A DNA stretch of 64,000 bases from Nitrospinales bacterium (GTDB lineage Bacteria > Nitrospinota > Nitrospinia > Nitrospinales > VA-1), in assembly GCA_965262115.1 (NCBI GenBank), contig OZ253496.1:2176001-2240000 (forward strand), in the 5' to 3' direction. The notes beneath the pieces were generated by a model, which worked only from the letters and a program-made list of their open reading frames with translations, made no database searches and was not told where the DNA came from. Every line of letters begins with the position of its first letter. Positions within the stretch are counted from its first letter, which is position 1. Below are positions 52,938-62,812 of the stretch, piece by piece. Both the position numbers and the translations under genes were made by a program.

Positions 52938-53029
52938 TTCTATCTCCGATAAAATTATACAGTTTTGTCTTTTATTTTTTCGTAAGTCCGCAACCCGCCC
53001 AACCCCAGCATAGCGAGCAACACTCTTTT

Positions 53030-53375
53030 TCAGATAAATTCGCCTAATGTGTTTATCACTACTGGGCTTAAATTTCGTTTTCTGATTCTCCCATTTAGTT
53101 GCAGCCATTCTCTGTACACCCATCACACCTGCAAGCTCATCGGCTGTATAGCCAAGAGACTTCCTTCCCTGTCAGGTTTTTTGGTTTCAATGCAAGCATA
53201 AAACCAATCATTAGGTGCAAATCTTCTGAAGGTGCAAATCTTCTGAGCATGGCACCTCCCATTCCTGCTCTCCGCATTTTGAACAGGTGTAATTAGGGAT
53301 GTTAGCTAGCGTTATATTGTCTAGCCCAGATTGGGTATATTTATAGTTACCCTTTCCTTACTCTAAGCATTTCAT
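53030..53375 (-). pseudogene. MqsA/YgiT-type Zn-finger + HTH antitoxin, decayed
   Basis: Across frames: MKCLE*, YKYTQSGLDNITLANIPNYTCSKCGE, LTGKEV, LGYTADELAGVMGV...KWEN; 17-bp tandem duplication 53213-53246. Confidence 0.7.
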
Positions 53376-53398
53376 TATTGTCTCCTTTTTTGCCTCAT

Positions 53399-53728
53399 TT
53401 AAACTACTTTCCAATAACGGTAATGAGTCTTACCTTTCGCGGGTTTCTTGCTTATTACTTCAAAAACTACTTTTAACGCTTCTCCCGGGTGTTCAATCCT
53501 ATATGTCCAAGCCCCTGTCCTTATATGGGGCTCGGGAGGATTAAAAACAAAGCCCGGCTTTCCTAATGCTAAAACATCATTGGCATCGAACCCATGCTCT
53601 TTCATTTTTTTAGGTGCATGAGGCCCCCAAATAATAGAACCTAGGCCACAAGTAGCCTTAAAAACATTACAGGCCTGAGTTGTTGATAGTGGTTTTGGTT
53701 TGCCTGTAGGTCTAGTCAATTTCTTCAT
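53399..53728 (-). CDS. DUF4258-like putative toxin (possibly decayed)
   Basis: HA.KKM.E.GFD..DV...G, WTYRIE; directly upstream of the antitoxin remnant. Confidence 0.55.
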   Translation of the reverse strand: MKKLTRPTGKPKPLSTTQACNVFKATCGLGSIIWGPHAPKKMKEHGFDANDVLALGKPGFVFNPPEPHIRTGAWTYRIEHPGEALKVVFEVISKKPAKGKTHYRYWKVV

Positions 53729-53820
53729 GATGTATCATAAATATACATTACTTATCGTGATTGTAAATAGGAATATTAGGGATTTCTAGGGATATTTCAT
53801 TCGAAACGGATGAATCAGTT

Positions 53821-54627
53821 CTACCATTCCTCCTTTCCGAGTGGAATTTTCATGTTTCCATCGGGGCTAGTCAACTCGGTCCACGATCTTCTTCCGCCTT
53901 GGGATGCATAATAGTCTCCATCGCTTCCCCACCCTCCCTCAAGGGGGGTTGGAGAACGGATTATTTGGACTCCATTACATTCAACTATTAAATATCCTGT
54001 AACATCATCTTTTAAAGCTTTCTCTATCAGGGTAGGCCCCATTTTTCTCGGGTAAATTCGCCAGTCATCTTCTTGCAAGGTTTCAGCAAGGTATTTTTTA
54101 ATGTCTGGTGATAACGGTTCCTTGACCACTTGCACTGTATTTCCGTCAGTGATGTAACGGTCGTTTTTCCCGTTGATATCCATGGCGCGAATGGCATCGG
54201 AGACTGCATAGGCCGGTGTGACAAAATAAATCGATTGGCTGTTGGGAGAAAAGGTTTTGCTCATAAAAGAATAAATCACTTTCTCTACATCTTTCTCTTC
54301 TACCCGTGGCTCAAGGAGCATTCGTTTGGATTTGCTTTCAAGATTAATGAGCCACAGTTGATCGCTGGGGCATTCCCATACTACTTCTTGTTCACATTCC
54401 TTGATCGCGCCTTCTATTTCTCGGTTAAAGGCAATCCACTTGCCGTTAGGGGACAGGATCGGTTTGCTGTCCCTGCCCTTGCTTGTGAGTTGCGTGACCT
54501 TATCGTTAGACTGGAAAAAAATATTGCCCTTCTCTTCAAAGACGCCCGGTTTTTCACTTTCGGCCTGTGTTGAAAACAAAAAGAGAGAAGTGAGTAAAAC
54601 GCACAGAACCCAAATTTTTATCCGCAT
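53821..54627 (-). CDS. Exported protein with TolB/PD40-like repeats
   Basis: Signal peptide; QLTSKGRDSKPILSPNGKWIAF, FSPNSQSIYF. Confidence 0.7.
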   Translation of the reverse strand: MRIKIWVLCVLLTSLFLFSTQAESEKPGVFEEKGNIFFQSNDKVTQLTSKGRDSKPILSPNGKWIAFNREIEGAIKECEQEVVWECPSDQLWLINLESKSKRMLLEPRVEEKDVEKVIYSFMSKTFSPNSQSIYFVTPAYAVSDAIRAMDINGKNDRYITDGNTVQVVKEPLSPDIKKYLAETLQEDDWRIYPRKMGPTLIEKALKDDVTGYLIVECNGVQIIRSPTPLEGGWGSDGDYYASQGGRRSWTELTSPDGNMKIPLGKEEW

Positions 54628-54829
54628 AAAAATCTCCAACTATTCAGCCTGATAAAAACCACGGCAAAACCAAGCCCCTTATAATATAGAAGAAAAGTAA
54701 AGGTATCAATCAGTCAAGTTCTTAAATCTATATGAGTTTTGGGAAATTATCATGAGGGTGTTGAACTCCGCCGGATTCTCAGTGTAAGGTATCTCAGCAT
54801 GATCCGACCAACCAGAAAGTTTAACTTTG

Positions 54830-55782
54830 ATGAATCGATTAATGCCGATGCTGACAGGGAGTTATTTATTTAAAGGATTATGCGGACTATTTGCGTTCAT
54901 CGCGCTTTGCGGATTTGATACCTCCCGGCACAGTAATCCCGTCGATGGTATTTATGATGGGGGGGGGGGGGGCCGGGTAAGGACGGAATCCCCGCCATCC
55001 TCCACCCGAAGTTCATATCTGCGAAAGAAGCCGATAAAACGTTTAAAAAAAAACATGACCGTGTTCTGGGGTACGTTAATAACGGTCAGGCGAGGGGGGC
55101 GTGCCCCATTAAAATCCTGAACTGGCATGAAATTGTCAATGATCGTGTTGGCGGGACATTGATAGTTGTGACTTGTTGCCCTCTTTGTGGCACCGGGATG
55201 GTGTTTGATCCCCAAGTGAAGGGACGCAAGCTCACTTTTGGAGTTTTGGGTACGCTCTACCAAAGCGATATGTTGCTTTACGACCATCAAACGGAAAGCC
55301 TCTGGTCGCAAATTAAATCGGAGGCGGTGACTGGCAAACTGACCGGTGCCAGTTTAAAACTTCTTCCTTCCAAGCATACGAACTGGGCGAGTTGGAAAGC
55401 CAATCATCCGGGAACCCGGGTCTTATCTGATAAAACGGGCTACTGGCGTGATTATGACCGCGATCCTTATCAGGGCTATGAAACCAGTGAGCGACTGATG
55501 CTCAATGTGGACCAGAAGAGCTGGGAATACCATCCCAAGGAAAAAATGATCGGTATAGAATTAGGCGGAGTCACTAAAGCCTACCCTTTTTCTGAGTTGA
55601 ATAAATTGAAATCGCCTGTCAAGGATGTTCTGGGAAAAACACCCATCCGTATTTTTTATGACCACAGATCAAAAACGGCGTTCATTCGGGACGAAAAAAA
55701 CGGGGAGATACCTTCCGTCGTAGGGTTTTGGTCTGCCTGGTACGCGTTTCACCCTGAAACTCGTATATTTTCTGCCAAGTAA
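54830..55782 (+). pseudogene. DUF3179 family protein out of frame at a G14 tract
   Basis: After G14 (54959-54972) one frame reads PGKDGIPAI...ILNWHEIVND...CPLCGTG...LYDHQTESLWSQ...FWSAWYAFHPET. Confidence 0.85.
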
Positions 55783-55796
55783 TTTTTTGTTTGGAA

Positions 55797-56201
55797 TCAG
55801 GAAGATTCTGCCTTGTGCAGGACGAGAGAGGCGGAGTTGATGCAGTAGCGAAGCCCGGTAGGGTCCGGACCGTCTTCAAAGACATGGCCCAGATGGCAAT
55901 CGCATTTGCTACACAACACTTCAGTCCTACGCATAAAGAAAAGAGTGTCCTGTTCGGTGGCAATACTTTCGGGGCGGAGAGGCTCGTAATAACTCGGCCA
56001 CCCGGTGCCTGAATCAAATTTAGCGATGGAAGAAAACAGAGGCGTATCGCAACATACGCAATGATAGTTTCCCCGGTCATGACAGTCCCAATGCTTTCCG
56101 GAGAAGGCCTGCTCGGTTCCTTTTTTCCGACAGATTTTAAACTGTTCTTCGGTCAGAATTTCCCGCCACTCGCTTTCGGTTTTTGTGATTTTTTCCGACA
56201 A
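55797..56201 (-). CDS. msrB: Peptide-methionine (R)-S-oxide reductase
   Basis: KFDSGTGWPS, HLGHVFEDGP, RYCINSAS. Confidence 0.96.
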   Translation of the reverse strand: MSEKITKTESEWREILTEEQFKICRKKGTEQAFSGKHWDCHDRGNYHCVCCDTPLFSSIAKFDSGTGWPSYYEPLRPESIATEQDTLFFMRRTEVLCSKCDCHLGHVFEDGPDPTGLRYCINSASLVLHKAESS

Positions 56202-56215
56202 ATCCTGTTGCCTCC

Positions 56216-56509
56216 CTAAAAAGTTCTGATTAATTTTTTTTCTGCGATCAATCGTTTAATTTTTTCTTTTACTTCAGGACTCATATTTATGTCCTCGAGA
56301 ACTTTGGATTCATCCTTTCCCATCGACCGGGTTATCCTGCAGATGATTTCCAATTGTTTCCGATATATTTCGCAAAGCTCGCATATGGCAAGATGCATTT
56401 TAAGCCGGATCCTGCTCAAAAAAGTGAGAGGATGGTCCTGGCTTTCCGAAATAAGTGGATAGACATCCTTGCATGCCATTTTAAGCGTTTTTAGCATTCC
56501 ATTCATCAT
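56216..56509 (-). CDS. zf-HC2 (ZAS) anti-sigma factor
   Basis: MAC...HLAICELC (HxxxCxxC); downstream of the ECF sigma. Confidence 0.85.
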   Translation of the reverse strand: MMNGMLKTLKMACKDVYPLISESQDHPLTFLSRIRLKMHLAICELCEIYRKQLEIICRITRSMGKDESKVLEDINMSPEVKEKIKRLIAEKKLIRTF

Positions 56510-56521
56510 AAAATCCTATCC

Positions 56522-57082
56522 CTATTTTGCGTTGAGCCAGTTCGACTCCAGGCAAAGTTTGAGCTGGTTTCTGGCACGGTGCAATATGACCCACAAATTA
56601 GTCGGTTTTATATTGAATTCTTTACAGATTTCGTCGGAACTCAACCCATCCATTTCTTTCAGGACAAAGACCCGGTGAAATTTTTCCGGCAACCCTTTCA
56701 TGCATTTAGCCAGAATCTGGGCAAGTTCTTTATTTTCAGCGGCTTTTTCATGGTCCACGTTCCAGTTCACCGGCTTGGGAACCATATGTTCGGCGGCATC
56801 AAAATGAATCCGGTCGGATTCCTCTGCAGTCAAATCGATGGAAATATTCTTTTTGGAGCTTCTAAAATAATCCATGGTTTTATGTTTCAGGATTCCGAAT
56901 AGCCAAGTTTTTTCCGATGATCTACCGGCAAAGCTGTGTTGTGATTTTAATGCGGCAAAAAATGTGGCCTGAACCAGCTCTTCAGCGGCCTCAGGGTCTT
57001 TCACCCTGACAAGCGTAAAGCGGTACATCATATCCGCATAGTTTTCCACCCATTGTTGTGGTTCTAAAGTCTCTTGGCTCAT
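56522..57082 (-). CDS. ECF sigma-70 factor
   Basis: AEELVQATF, TWLFGILKHK, EIC..FNI...NLWVILHRAR. Confidence 0.92.
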   Translation of the reverse strand: MSQETLEPQQWVENYADMMYRFTLVRVKDPEAAEELVQATFFAALKSQHSFAGRSSEKTWLFGILKHKTMDYFRSSKKNISIDLTAEESDRIHFDAAEHMVPKPVNWNVDHEKAAENKELAQILAKCMKGLPEKFHRVFVLKEMDGLSSDEICKEFNIKPTNLWVILHRARNQLKLCLESNWLNAK

Positions 57083-57142
57083 AATTCTCGGTGATCGGGA
57101 TTAGACTTGAACGTGATAGAAGGAGCCCATATACTTGGCCTT

Positions 57143-57457
57143 ATGGAAGAGCCATCCACAGATTCCGGGGAATGCGCCAGAATCCTGAAAGCACTGGGGG
57201 ATGAAGCCCGATTAAAAATCGTCCAGTTGTTACTTAAAGGGGAAAAGAGTGTTTCCGAAATTGTTCGGTCTTTATGCATGGGGCAACCACAAGCCTCCCA
57301 TCATCTTTCCATATTAAGAGCCTCGGGCCTGGTTGGCACCCGAAGAGAAGGCAATAAGGTTATCAATTTTATCCATCCGGGTAAATATTTTTTAAATAAA
57401 AAAGAGACGGGGCTGGATCTGGGTTGTTGCTCCGTAAACTTCGACACCCACCACTAG
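57143..57457 (+). CDS. ArsR/SmtB family regulator
   Basis: KALGDEARLKI, QPQASHHLSILR..GLV..RREG; C-terminal LDLGCC. Confidence 0.88.
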   Translation: MEEPSTDSGECARILKALGDEARLKIVQLLLKGEKSVSEIVRSLCMGQPQASHHLSILRASGLVGTRREGNKVINFIHPGKYFLNKKETGLDLGCCSVNFDTHH

Positions 57458-57628
57458 GCGTGGGGCCAACGAGCAATAGCTTAGATTGGCTGGCGAACTC
57501 TTTCTCGGCTTAACGAGCCCTTGGTGTCTGCCTCCCCTGTCAAAGGGGCTAGCCGCGGGGCCAACTAGCGACCCACTCCCGTCGGAGGGTGCGATACTCC
57601 TTCATTAACTTCATGCCCCGCAGGGATA
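57454..57628. repeat. Mosaic intergenic repeat cluster
   Basis: CTAG(G/C)CG(T/C)GGGGCCAAC twice, a 40-bp repeat copy (57473-57511), ACCCACTCCCGTCGGAGGG shared with 62703-62728, and a TTCATGCCC hairpin. Confidence 0.65.
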
Positions 57629-57663
57629 AATTGGAAGGATTCTTTCATCTGGCAACCGCACAC

Positions 57664-58647
57664 TCAGTGCAAGGGGCCTTTGCTCACTGGCTTCACGCCT
57701 AGTGGTTCTTTGATGGCTACCTCATAAAACTGCTTCACAAATGATTTGAACAGTTTGACCGGATTGAATGAAATATCTATCGGGTAAGCCTGTTTGAAAT
57801 CCTCAACAGCGAAAGTCCGGTAATCTGTGATCCCTGAAATCTCCATGTTTTCCAAATGAAACTGGCCGAACTGTTTGAGCCTTGCTGCTTCCAAAGCATA
57901 AACCCTGTCCAGAGGAATGTTTAACAGATCGGCAAAAACCCGGTCGAGAGCGGTCATGTCTTTCGATGCCCCCATCACTCCAAGGGGGTAGGGCGTTCCG
58001 TTGATCGGGCCTTGCCCCTGCATGGCCTGAATACCATCGGCGATGGTCAGGCAGGGGTTGACGTGACGAGCAATATCTATCAGCATTTTCCCGAACTTAA
58101 GCTTGTCGTTTTTAACCAGGCAATGAAGGGCCGGCTTGCGTTTGCCGATCACCAATCCGAACAGGTTTTTAATGCCCAGCGTCATGGTCATCTGGCAATG
58201 CGATTTAACTTTTGGGAGATTAATGATTTGGTCATAGTGTTCCAGGCAACCGGCTATTTTCAGATGCGGAACCTGTTCTGTATTTTCGAATGGGATAGGG
58301 TCGGTCAAGGGCAGGATCTGCGCGCCATATTTTTTTTCCAGAAAGCCATACCCGGCTTTGTCAGCCACCGCCGATAAACTGCCCAGAGCGGGACTATCGC
58401 TGACAACGATTTGTTGGACCGACAGGTCCTTAAGAACCCGGCACACTGCCTCCACCACCACGGGGTGAGTGGTGACACAGCGTTCGGGTTTGAACCCCCG
58501 TAAAAGATTGGGTTTCAAAAGAACCCTCTGACCTAGGCCGAACAGGGCTGCTTCAGGGTCCAGGACTTTCAGAGAGTTCCGGACAAACTGCTCCACGTTC
58601 TCCAGTGAATAATCTTCAATTTTTTGTAAGTGGACTTTTGATTTCAT
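57664..58647 (-). CDS. DUF362 domain protein
   Basis: VLLKPNLL, TTHP, INLPKVKSH, KNLFG, MQGQGP. Confidence 0.88.
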   Translation of the reverse strand: MKSKVHLQKIEDYSLENVEQFVRNSLKVLDPEAALFGLGQRVLLKPNLLRGFKPERCVTTHPVVVEAVCRVLKDLSVQQIVVSDSPALGSLSAVADKAGYGFLEKKYGAQILPLTDPIPFENTEQVPHLKIAGCLEHYDQIINLPKVKSHCQMTMTLGIKNLFGLVIGKRKPALHCLVKNDKLKFGKMLIDIARHVNPCLTIADGIQAMQGQGPINGTPYPLGVMGASKDMTALDRVFADLLNIPLDRVYALEAARLKQFGQFHLENMEISGITDYRTFAVEDFKQAYPIDISFNPVKLFKSFVKQFYEVAIKEPLGVKPVSKGPLH

Positions 58648-58716
58648 GAAAAGCTCTTTAAAGTTTTTGGCATTATAACCTCTTTATGACGGTTAAACAT
58701 GCGAATTTGGAGGTTT

Positions 58717-61700
58717 TCAGGAGGGGGAATATAGCACTTTATAGATGCCCATATTTCTCAGCACATGTTTGACATAGCGGCGGGTTTCAGGGTAGGGGAT
58801 GGATTCGATGAATACGTCCTGATCGCTCAAATGTCCGAATCGTTTCAGCCATTTCTTCAGGACATGGGGGCCGGCATTGTATGAAATCAGAATATGCATC
58901 CCGTTTTTGTTGAACCGTTTTTTCAACTGGCTGACATATTTCACACCCAGCCGGATGTTCAGATCAGGATCAAAGAGGGCATCGGTCTCAAAAGGTTTTT
59001 TCAATTTTGTTTTCGGGTAAAGTTCTTTTCCGGTGGCTGGCATGATTTGCATGAGCCCGCGAGCACCGGCAGGGGAAAGTGCCTGACTGTCAAAAAGACT
59101 TTCCTGGCGGATAATGCCGTTCACGAAAAAGGGGTCGACCTTGCGCGATTTGGCATAGGCCAGAACTGCTTCTTCGTAGGCGAGAGGAAAAAAATGCTTC
59201 CAGAATTTTGAAGAAATATTTTTCTCTTTGGCTTTGGTGGCGAAGTCTTTGTATAGATGTAAAAGCCTGAGTGATTCTGCATAGCCCTGCGCCTGATGAT
59301 AAAGCTGGGAAAGCCACAAAACCCCGGTCAGGTTTTTCCGCACAGTTTTTTGTAATTCTCCAATTTCGTTGCGGGCTTCCTGCGTCAATCCAAGCGTAGC
59401 CAGTTCGTTGGCCCGGATGTGATGAAACTTTTCCCGCTCGCTGAGAGGCCGTCCCAGTTGCAGGCTTTCTTCTTTGGAAGATGACTTTTGTTGGGGCGTT
59501 TCGAGTTTGACATCCAAGGCCAGGAGCCTGTCTTTAGCGCGGATGCCGTGAAACGTGTAGGGGTAAAGCTCAGCGACTTTGGCATACAAATCGCGGGCCA
59601 CATCTTTTTTGTTCAGTTTTTCTGCCGATTTGGCGCTCCAATACAAGTTGTATTCGATAAACGATTTATCAGGGAATCGAGTGGCCGCGTCCTGGAACTT
59701 GTTGAAGGCTTGTTCAAATTTTCCATCGAGATAATGGACCCAACCCAGCCGCCAGCCGGCCCACTGCGCATAACCTTCATTAGGATATTTTTCCAAAGCG
59801 GTCTTGTAGTTTTTTAGCGCTTCAGGAAAGTTTTTGCGTTCTTCATAAATCTTTCCGAGAAAAAACTGCGCCTTCACTGCCAACTCTGTTGAAGGGGCGT
59901 CCTGCGTGACTTCCTTAAAATATTTGGCCCCCGCCATCGGTTGGCCCAGGTTCCAAAAGTTTCTGCCGATGTCGAATTTGGCGTTTTGCACCTTGGCGTG
60001 GTGAGGATATGTTTTCAAAAATTGTTTTAAAACTTTGTTGGCTTTTTTACGATCTCTAAGTCCTCCATGCGCCCGGGCCAGGAAAAAATAAAATCGTCCC
60101 GGTAAAAGCTTGTTTTTCTTTTGCAGTTTCTGGCCTTCCTGAATGATTTCTTTGTAACGCACGTTTTCAAACAACCCTTGAATGCGGTTGGTGTACTCTC
60201 TTAAAGTTAGCGGAACCTCTTTAACCGCTTGCAAAGCCGACAGATGCTTGAGTGCCATTTCTGCCTCAGGCGTCTGATCATGGTTGGGATATTGGATGTG
60301 AAGTTTGCGGAAATTCAAATAAGCTTCGGCTGGTTTTCCGGACTGTTCCTGAGTCCTTGCCAGTTGGAAAATCAGGTCAGGCAGAAATTCGCAAAACTTG
60401 CGGCGGCTGAAATCCTTAGTGATCGACCGGATAGTTTCTTCCAGCGTTTTCATTCCTGCTTCTGTATTCTGCAACCGGATTTGTGCATGGGCAAGAATCA
60501 GTTGGAGTTTGGCATAGAGAAGGGTGTTTGGGCTGTGCTTGAGGAGTTCGAGAGTGTTGTCGCGGGCTTTTTCATGTTTGCCTGCTTGCACCTGTGCCTG
60601 GATTAAATGGAAGCGGATATAATCTTCCACCTCTTTGTAATTTTTGCTCAATGGTTCGAGAAGCTTTATGGTTTCTTCCGGCTTTCCCTGTTCGGCGTGA
60701 ATGAGGGCGAGTAAAAACCGGGCGCGTTTGGCTTCCATTGAACCTGGTTTTTGATTTTGCAGTGCAAGAAGGCTGTTTTTAGCCTTGCTCCAATGTTTTT
60801 TCTGGAAAAGTTTTTTAGCCTTTTCATAGTGCGTAGGCTTGGCTTCGCCTGTTTGTGCAAAGCCCAGGAACATGGCCAGGAAGCAGGCGGCGACTTTGGG
60901 TAGAAGGGAAAGCAGTTTATCCGCCATGGTTTTGGGCGTGTCTTTGGAGCCCACCGGCAGTTTATCGGCGTTATTCATTTTTCTGAACCAGGTCAACTGT
61001 TTTTTAGCGTAGTGCCGGGTTTCCCTTTTAATCTCATAGGTGGCGCGGTCCAGATCCAAACTGCCTTGAAGATATTGAATCATTTGTGCGTAACCGATGC
61101 TTTTGCAGGGTTTCAGATCCGGACTGTAGCCACGCTCCAAAATGCTTTGAACTTCTCGGGCAAGCCCGTCCTTAATCATTTTGTCCACACGCTGATCGAT
61201 TTGGGAATATAGCTCGGTCCGGTCACTCTCCAGAATGAAGGTGTGGATAGGGAACTGGCTTGCGGTCGGGGAGTCGCTTTCATGAAATTCCGAAAAACGT
61301 TTTCCCGTGTCGAGATAAACCTCTAAAGCGCGTTCGATGCGCAGGGAGTCTGTTTCAGAAATTTTTGTGGCATATTCAGGGTCAACGCGTTGGAGCTCCT
61401 GATAAACTTTTTCAACGCCCTGGTCACGAATGTCCTGCCGGATTTTTTCCCGGATTTCGGGAGAGGCTCCTTCGGCGCAATCGTAATCTTCGGTCAGGAC
61501 CTTTATATAGAGTCCGGTGCCGCCAACCAGAATAGGAATTTTATTACGACTCATGAGTTCGCGAATGATTTCCAAGGCCCGTGTTTTAAAATCGAAAGCG
61601 TTAAACTCTTCATCAGGTTCGAGAATATCGATCAAATGATGGGGGGTCTCCTCCCTCACTGCCAGCGGAGGTTTAGCGGTGCCGATGTCGAAATATTTAT

Positions 61701-61815
61701 AGACCTGCAACGAATCGGCGCTGATGATTTCCGTGTCCAGCTTTCGGGCAAGGGCCAGAGCTGTTTCACTTTTTCCCGAATTCGTTGGGCCGGTTAATAT
61801 AATTAAAGGAAGCAT
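58717..61815 (-). CDS. miaA: tRNA dimethylallyltransferase fused in frame to a TPR / soluble lytic transglycosylase
   Basis: GPTNSGKS, DSLQVY..DIGTAKP, VGGTGLY, YAKKQLTWFR; then a hydrophobic segment, TPRs, RQES, GLMQIMP, YNAGP, ETRRYV; no stop between. Confidence 0.88.
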   Translation of the reverse strand: MLPLIILTGPTNSGKSETALALARKLDTEIISADSLQVYKYFDIGTAKPPLAVREETPHHLIDILEPDEEFNAFDFKTRALEIIRELMSRNKIPILVGGTGLYIKVLTEDYDCAEGASPEIREKIRQDIRDQGVEKVYQELQRVDPEYATKISETDSLRIERALEVYLDTGKRFSEFHESDSPTASQFPIHTFILESDRTELYSQIDQRVDKMIKDGLAREVQSILERGYSPDLKPCKSIGYAQMIQYLQGSLDLDRATYEIKRETRHYAKKQLTWFRKMNNADKLPVGSKDTPKTMADKLLSLLPKVAACFLAMFLGFAQTGEAKPTHYEKAKKLFQKKHWSKAKNSLLALQNQKPGSMEAKRARFLLALIHAEQGKPEETIKLLEPLSKNYKEVEDYIRFHLIQAQVQAGKHEKARDNTLELLKHSPNTLLYAKLQLILAHAQIRLQNTEAGMKTLEETIRSITKDFSRRKFCEFLPDLIFQLARTQEQSGKPAEAYLNFRKLHIQYPNHDQTPEAEMALKHLSALQAVKEVPLTLREYTNRIQGLFENVRYKEIIQEGQKLQKKNKLLPGRFYFFLARAHGGLRDRKKANKVLKQFLKTYPHHAKVQNAKFDIGRNFWNLGQPMAGAKYFKEVTQDAPSTELAVKAQFFLGKIYEERKNFPEALKNYKTALEKYPNEGYAQWAGWRLGWVHYLDGKFEQAFNKFQDAATRFPDKSFIEYNLYWSAKSAEKLNKKDVARDLYAKVAELYPYTFHGIRAKDRLLALDVKLETPQQKSSSKEESLQLGRPLSEREKFHHIRANELATLGLTQEARNEIGELQKTVRKNLTGVLWLSQLYHQAQGYAESLRLLHLYKDFATKAKEKNISSKFWKHFFPLAYEEAVLAYAKSRKVDPFFVNGIIRQESLFDSQALSPAGARGLMQIMPATGKELYPKTKLKKPFETDALFDPDLNIRLGVKYVSQLKKRFNKNGMHILISYNAGPHVLKKWLKRFGHLSDQDVFIESIPYPETRRYVKHVLRNMGIYKVLYSPS

Positions 61816-62503
61816 AAATCTTTTCCATTTCATTTGAATAGGCACCATCTTCATTATAGACCGCCAGCACAGGGGCCACGCTAAATTCGGCTTTTTTTCC
61901 TTTAAGGGCGGAAACCAGAACGATTTTTGCCGGAGCTTGATAATTGCCATGGACAAAACGTGCTTGGTTGGGATATAAATTTTTGCATTCCAGTTCCCGC
62001 ATGAGTTCGCCCAGTCGCTTGGGCGGATAGGCCAAGCTTATCTGTCCGCCTTTTTTCAGTAGCGGAGCAGATTTCTCCAGCAGGGAACTCATGCTGAGGG
62101 ACAGTTCGTGCCGGGCCAGGGCTTTGCCGGAATCGGGATTGGTCTGTCCCGTCTGAACCTTACGGTAAGGCGGATTGGAAACAATATGGTCAAAAGATTC
62201 GGGCTGCAGGTTTTCTGCTTCTTTCAGGAAATCACCTTGAATGAGAGTAATCTGCTGATCCATTGCATTTTTGTGAATATTTTTTTGTGCATGGGTGCAA
62301 TCCTGAATTTCAATGGCGGTTACTTCAAGCGTCGGTTGCCGGTGAACTATCAATAGAGGAATGATGCCGCAACCGGTGCCGATATCGAGCACCGACTGAT
62401 CCGGCAACAAGGGCATGAAATTGGCCAGCAGAAATGGTTCGATGGAATAGCGGTAGCCGGTATTTTCCTGGTCAATGACCAGTTCGGTTTTGGTGCTGTT
62501 CAC
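61766..62503 (-). CDS. tRNA1(Val) A37 N6-methyltransferase-like (TrmN6/YfiC)
   Basis: Q...GYRYSIE, LDIGTGCG, SNPPY, ARHE. Confidence 0.85.
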   Translation of the reverse strand: MNSTKTELVIDQENTGYRYSIEPFLLANFMPLLPDQSVLDIGTGCGIIPLLIVHRQPTLEVTAIEIQDCTHAQKNIHKNAMDQQITLIQGDFLKEAENLQPESFDHIVSNPPYRKVQTGQTNPDSGKALARHELSLSMSSLLEKSAPLLKKGGQISLAYPPKRLGELMRELECKNLYPNQARFVHGNYQAPAKIVLVSALKGKKAEFSVAPVLAVYNEDGAYSNEMEKIYASFNYINRPNEFGKK

Positions 62504-62812
62504 AATGGCGTCGCCAAATAACGGTTTTACAACGAAATTTCGATTAAAGTTTAACCCATGTCCGAGGGGGTGGCAACCTTTTGTGGTTCTGAACTATTTG
62601 TTTATTAAGAAGTAATTGTTGTAATAGGGCCCGGTCCCCATGTTCATGAAGAGGGGGTTTTCCTGAAACCCCAATTGTTTCGCTCGGAGTACCTCCGCTG
62701 GTAACTAGCACCCACTCCCGTGGGAGGGAACTAGCTTTATCCGCCTAGATAACCCTTTGCTAGCCTGTTAACGCTATTGCAGTCGGCCCCATGCCGAGTG
62801 GAAGGAGAGAGA

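Noticed and set aside
52937..53126. N-terminal extension of the beta-barrel ORF (260-aa call)
   Set aside because: It is read-through from the decayed HTH antitoxin; the RBS and signal peptide start at 52937
55159..55200. Selenocysteine in the DUF3179 CxxC region
   Set aside because: Codons are TGT/TGC; no in-frame TGA
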